From: Nitrososphaerales archaeon
Lineage (GTDB): Archaea; Thermoproteota; Nitrososphaeria; Nitrososphaerales; UBA213
Direction: 5' to 3'
Assembly: GCA_965197925.1 (NCBI GenBank)
Contig: CBDAOC010000019.1
Span: forward strand, 160,001 to 224,000
Length of the DNA: 64,000 bases
The position numbers were made by a program, and so were the translations under genes. The notes beneath the pieces are model-generated. The model saw nothing but the letters and a program-made list of their open reading frames with translations, did no database searches and was not told the origin of the DNA. This document shows, piece by piece, positions 63,858-64,000 of this stretch (positions within the stretch are counted from its first letter, which is position 1; the number at the start of each line of letters is the position of its first letter).

Positions 63858-64000
63858 ATTTTTATGAAAGAATCTACCACTTCGTTTTGAAGATCCCCAA
63901 AGGGAGGGTCACCAGTTATGGTGAAATAGCAAGAGCCATTGGGAGACCAAAAGCAAGTCGAGCAATAGGGCGAGCATTGAATAAAAATCCCTGTCCAATA
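63854..64000 (+). CDS. MGMT/Ogt-family DNA alkyltransferase-like protein (truncated by window edge)
   Basis: LNFYERIY...IPKGRVTSYGEIARAIGRPKASRAIGRALNKNP. Confidence 0.85.
   Translation, partial: MNFYERIYHFVLKIPKGRVTSYGEIARAIGRPKASRAIGRALNKNPCPI

Overview
Archaeal chromosome segment of a Nitrososphaerota (thaumarchaeal) organism. Evidence: archaeal rpl11-spt5-secE-dtdA-ogt block, rpoK, S25e, L13e, ATP-dependent ligase, tRNA splicing endonuclease and a VPEF-sorted surface protein. The right part (about 46-56 kb and 60-64 kb) is largely intact housekeeping sequence. The left ~43 kb is a decaying accessory region full of IS fragments from at least four families, pseudogenes and three tyrosine-integrase fragments. 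It also holds a deleted type I-G (I-U) CRISPR-Cas operon (cas4 fused into cas3, intact cas8u1, truncated cas7) with no canonical array in the window. A terminase-nuclease relic lies near 58.4-59.0 kb. Most notable: (1) a five-member surface-protein family sharing a conserved promoter and a 34-aa leader (MNKLxIPxILAATxLIAGxFAxMPVExASTVHTG), with swapped and variable cargo domains and shared 3-prime flanks, which looks like a cassette-shuffling or antigenic-variation system; (2) a 31-bp repeat / 34-bp spacer / 31-bp repeat unit inside an SDR pseudogene about 2 kb from the cas genes, resembling an ectopic Cas1-Cas2 spacer integration; (3) repeated IS insertions at homologous positions of the family's flanks. 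No tRNA or rRNA genes were recognised. All calls are by eye and coordinates of decayed elements are approximate.
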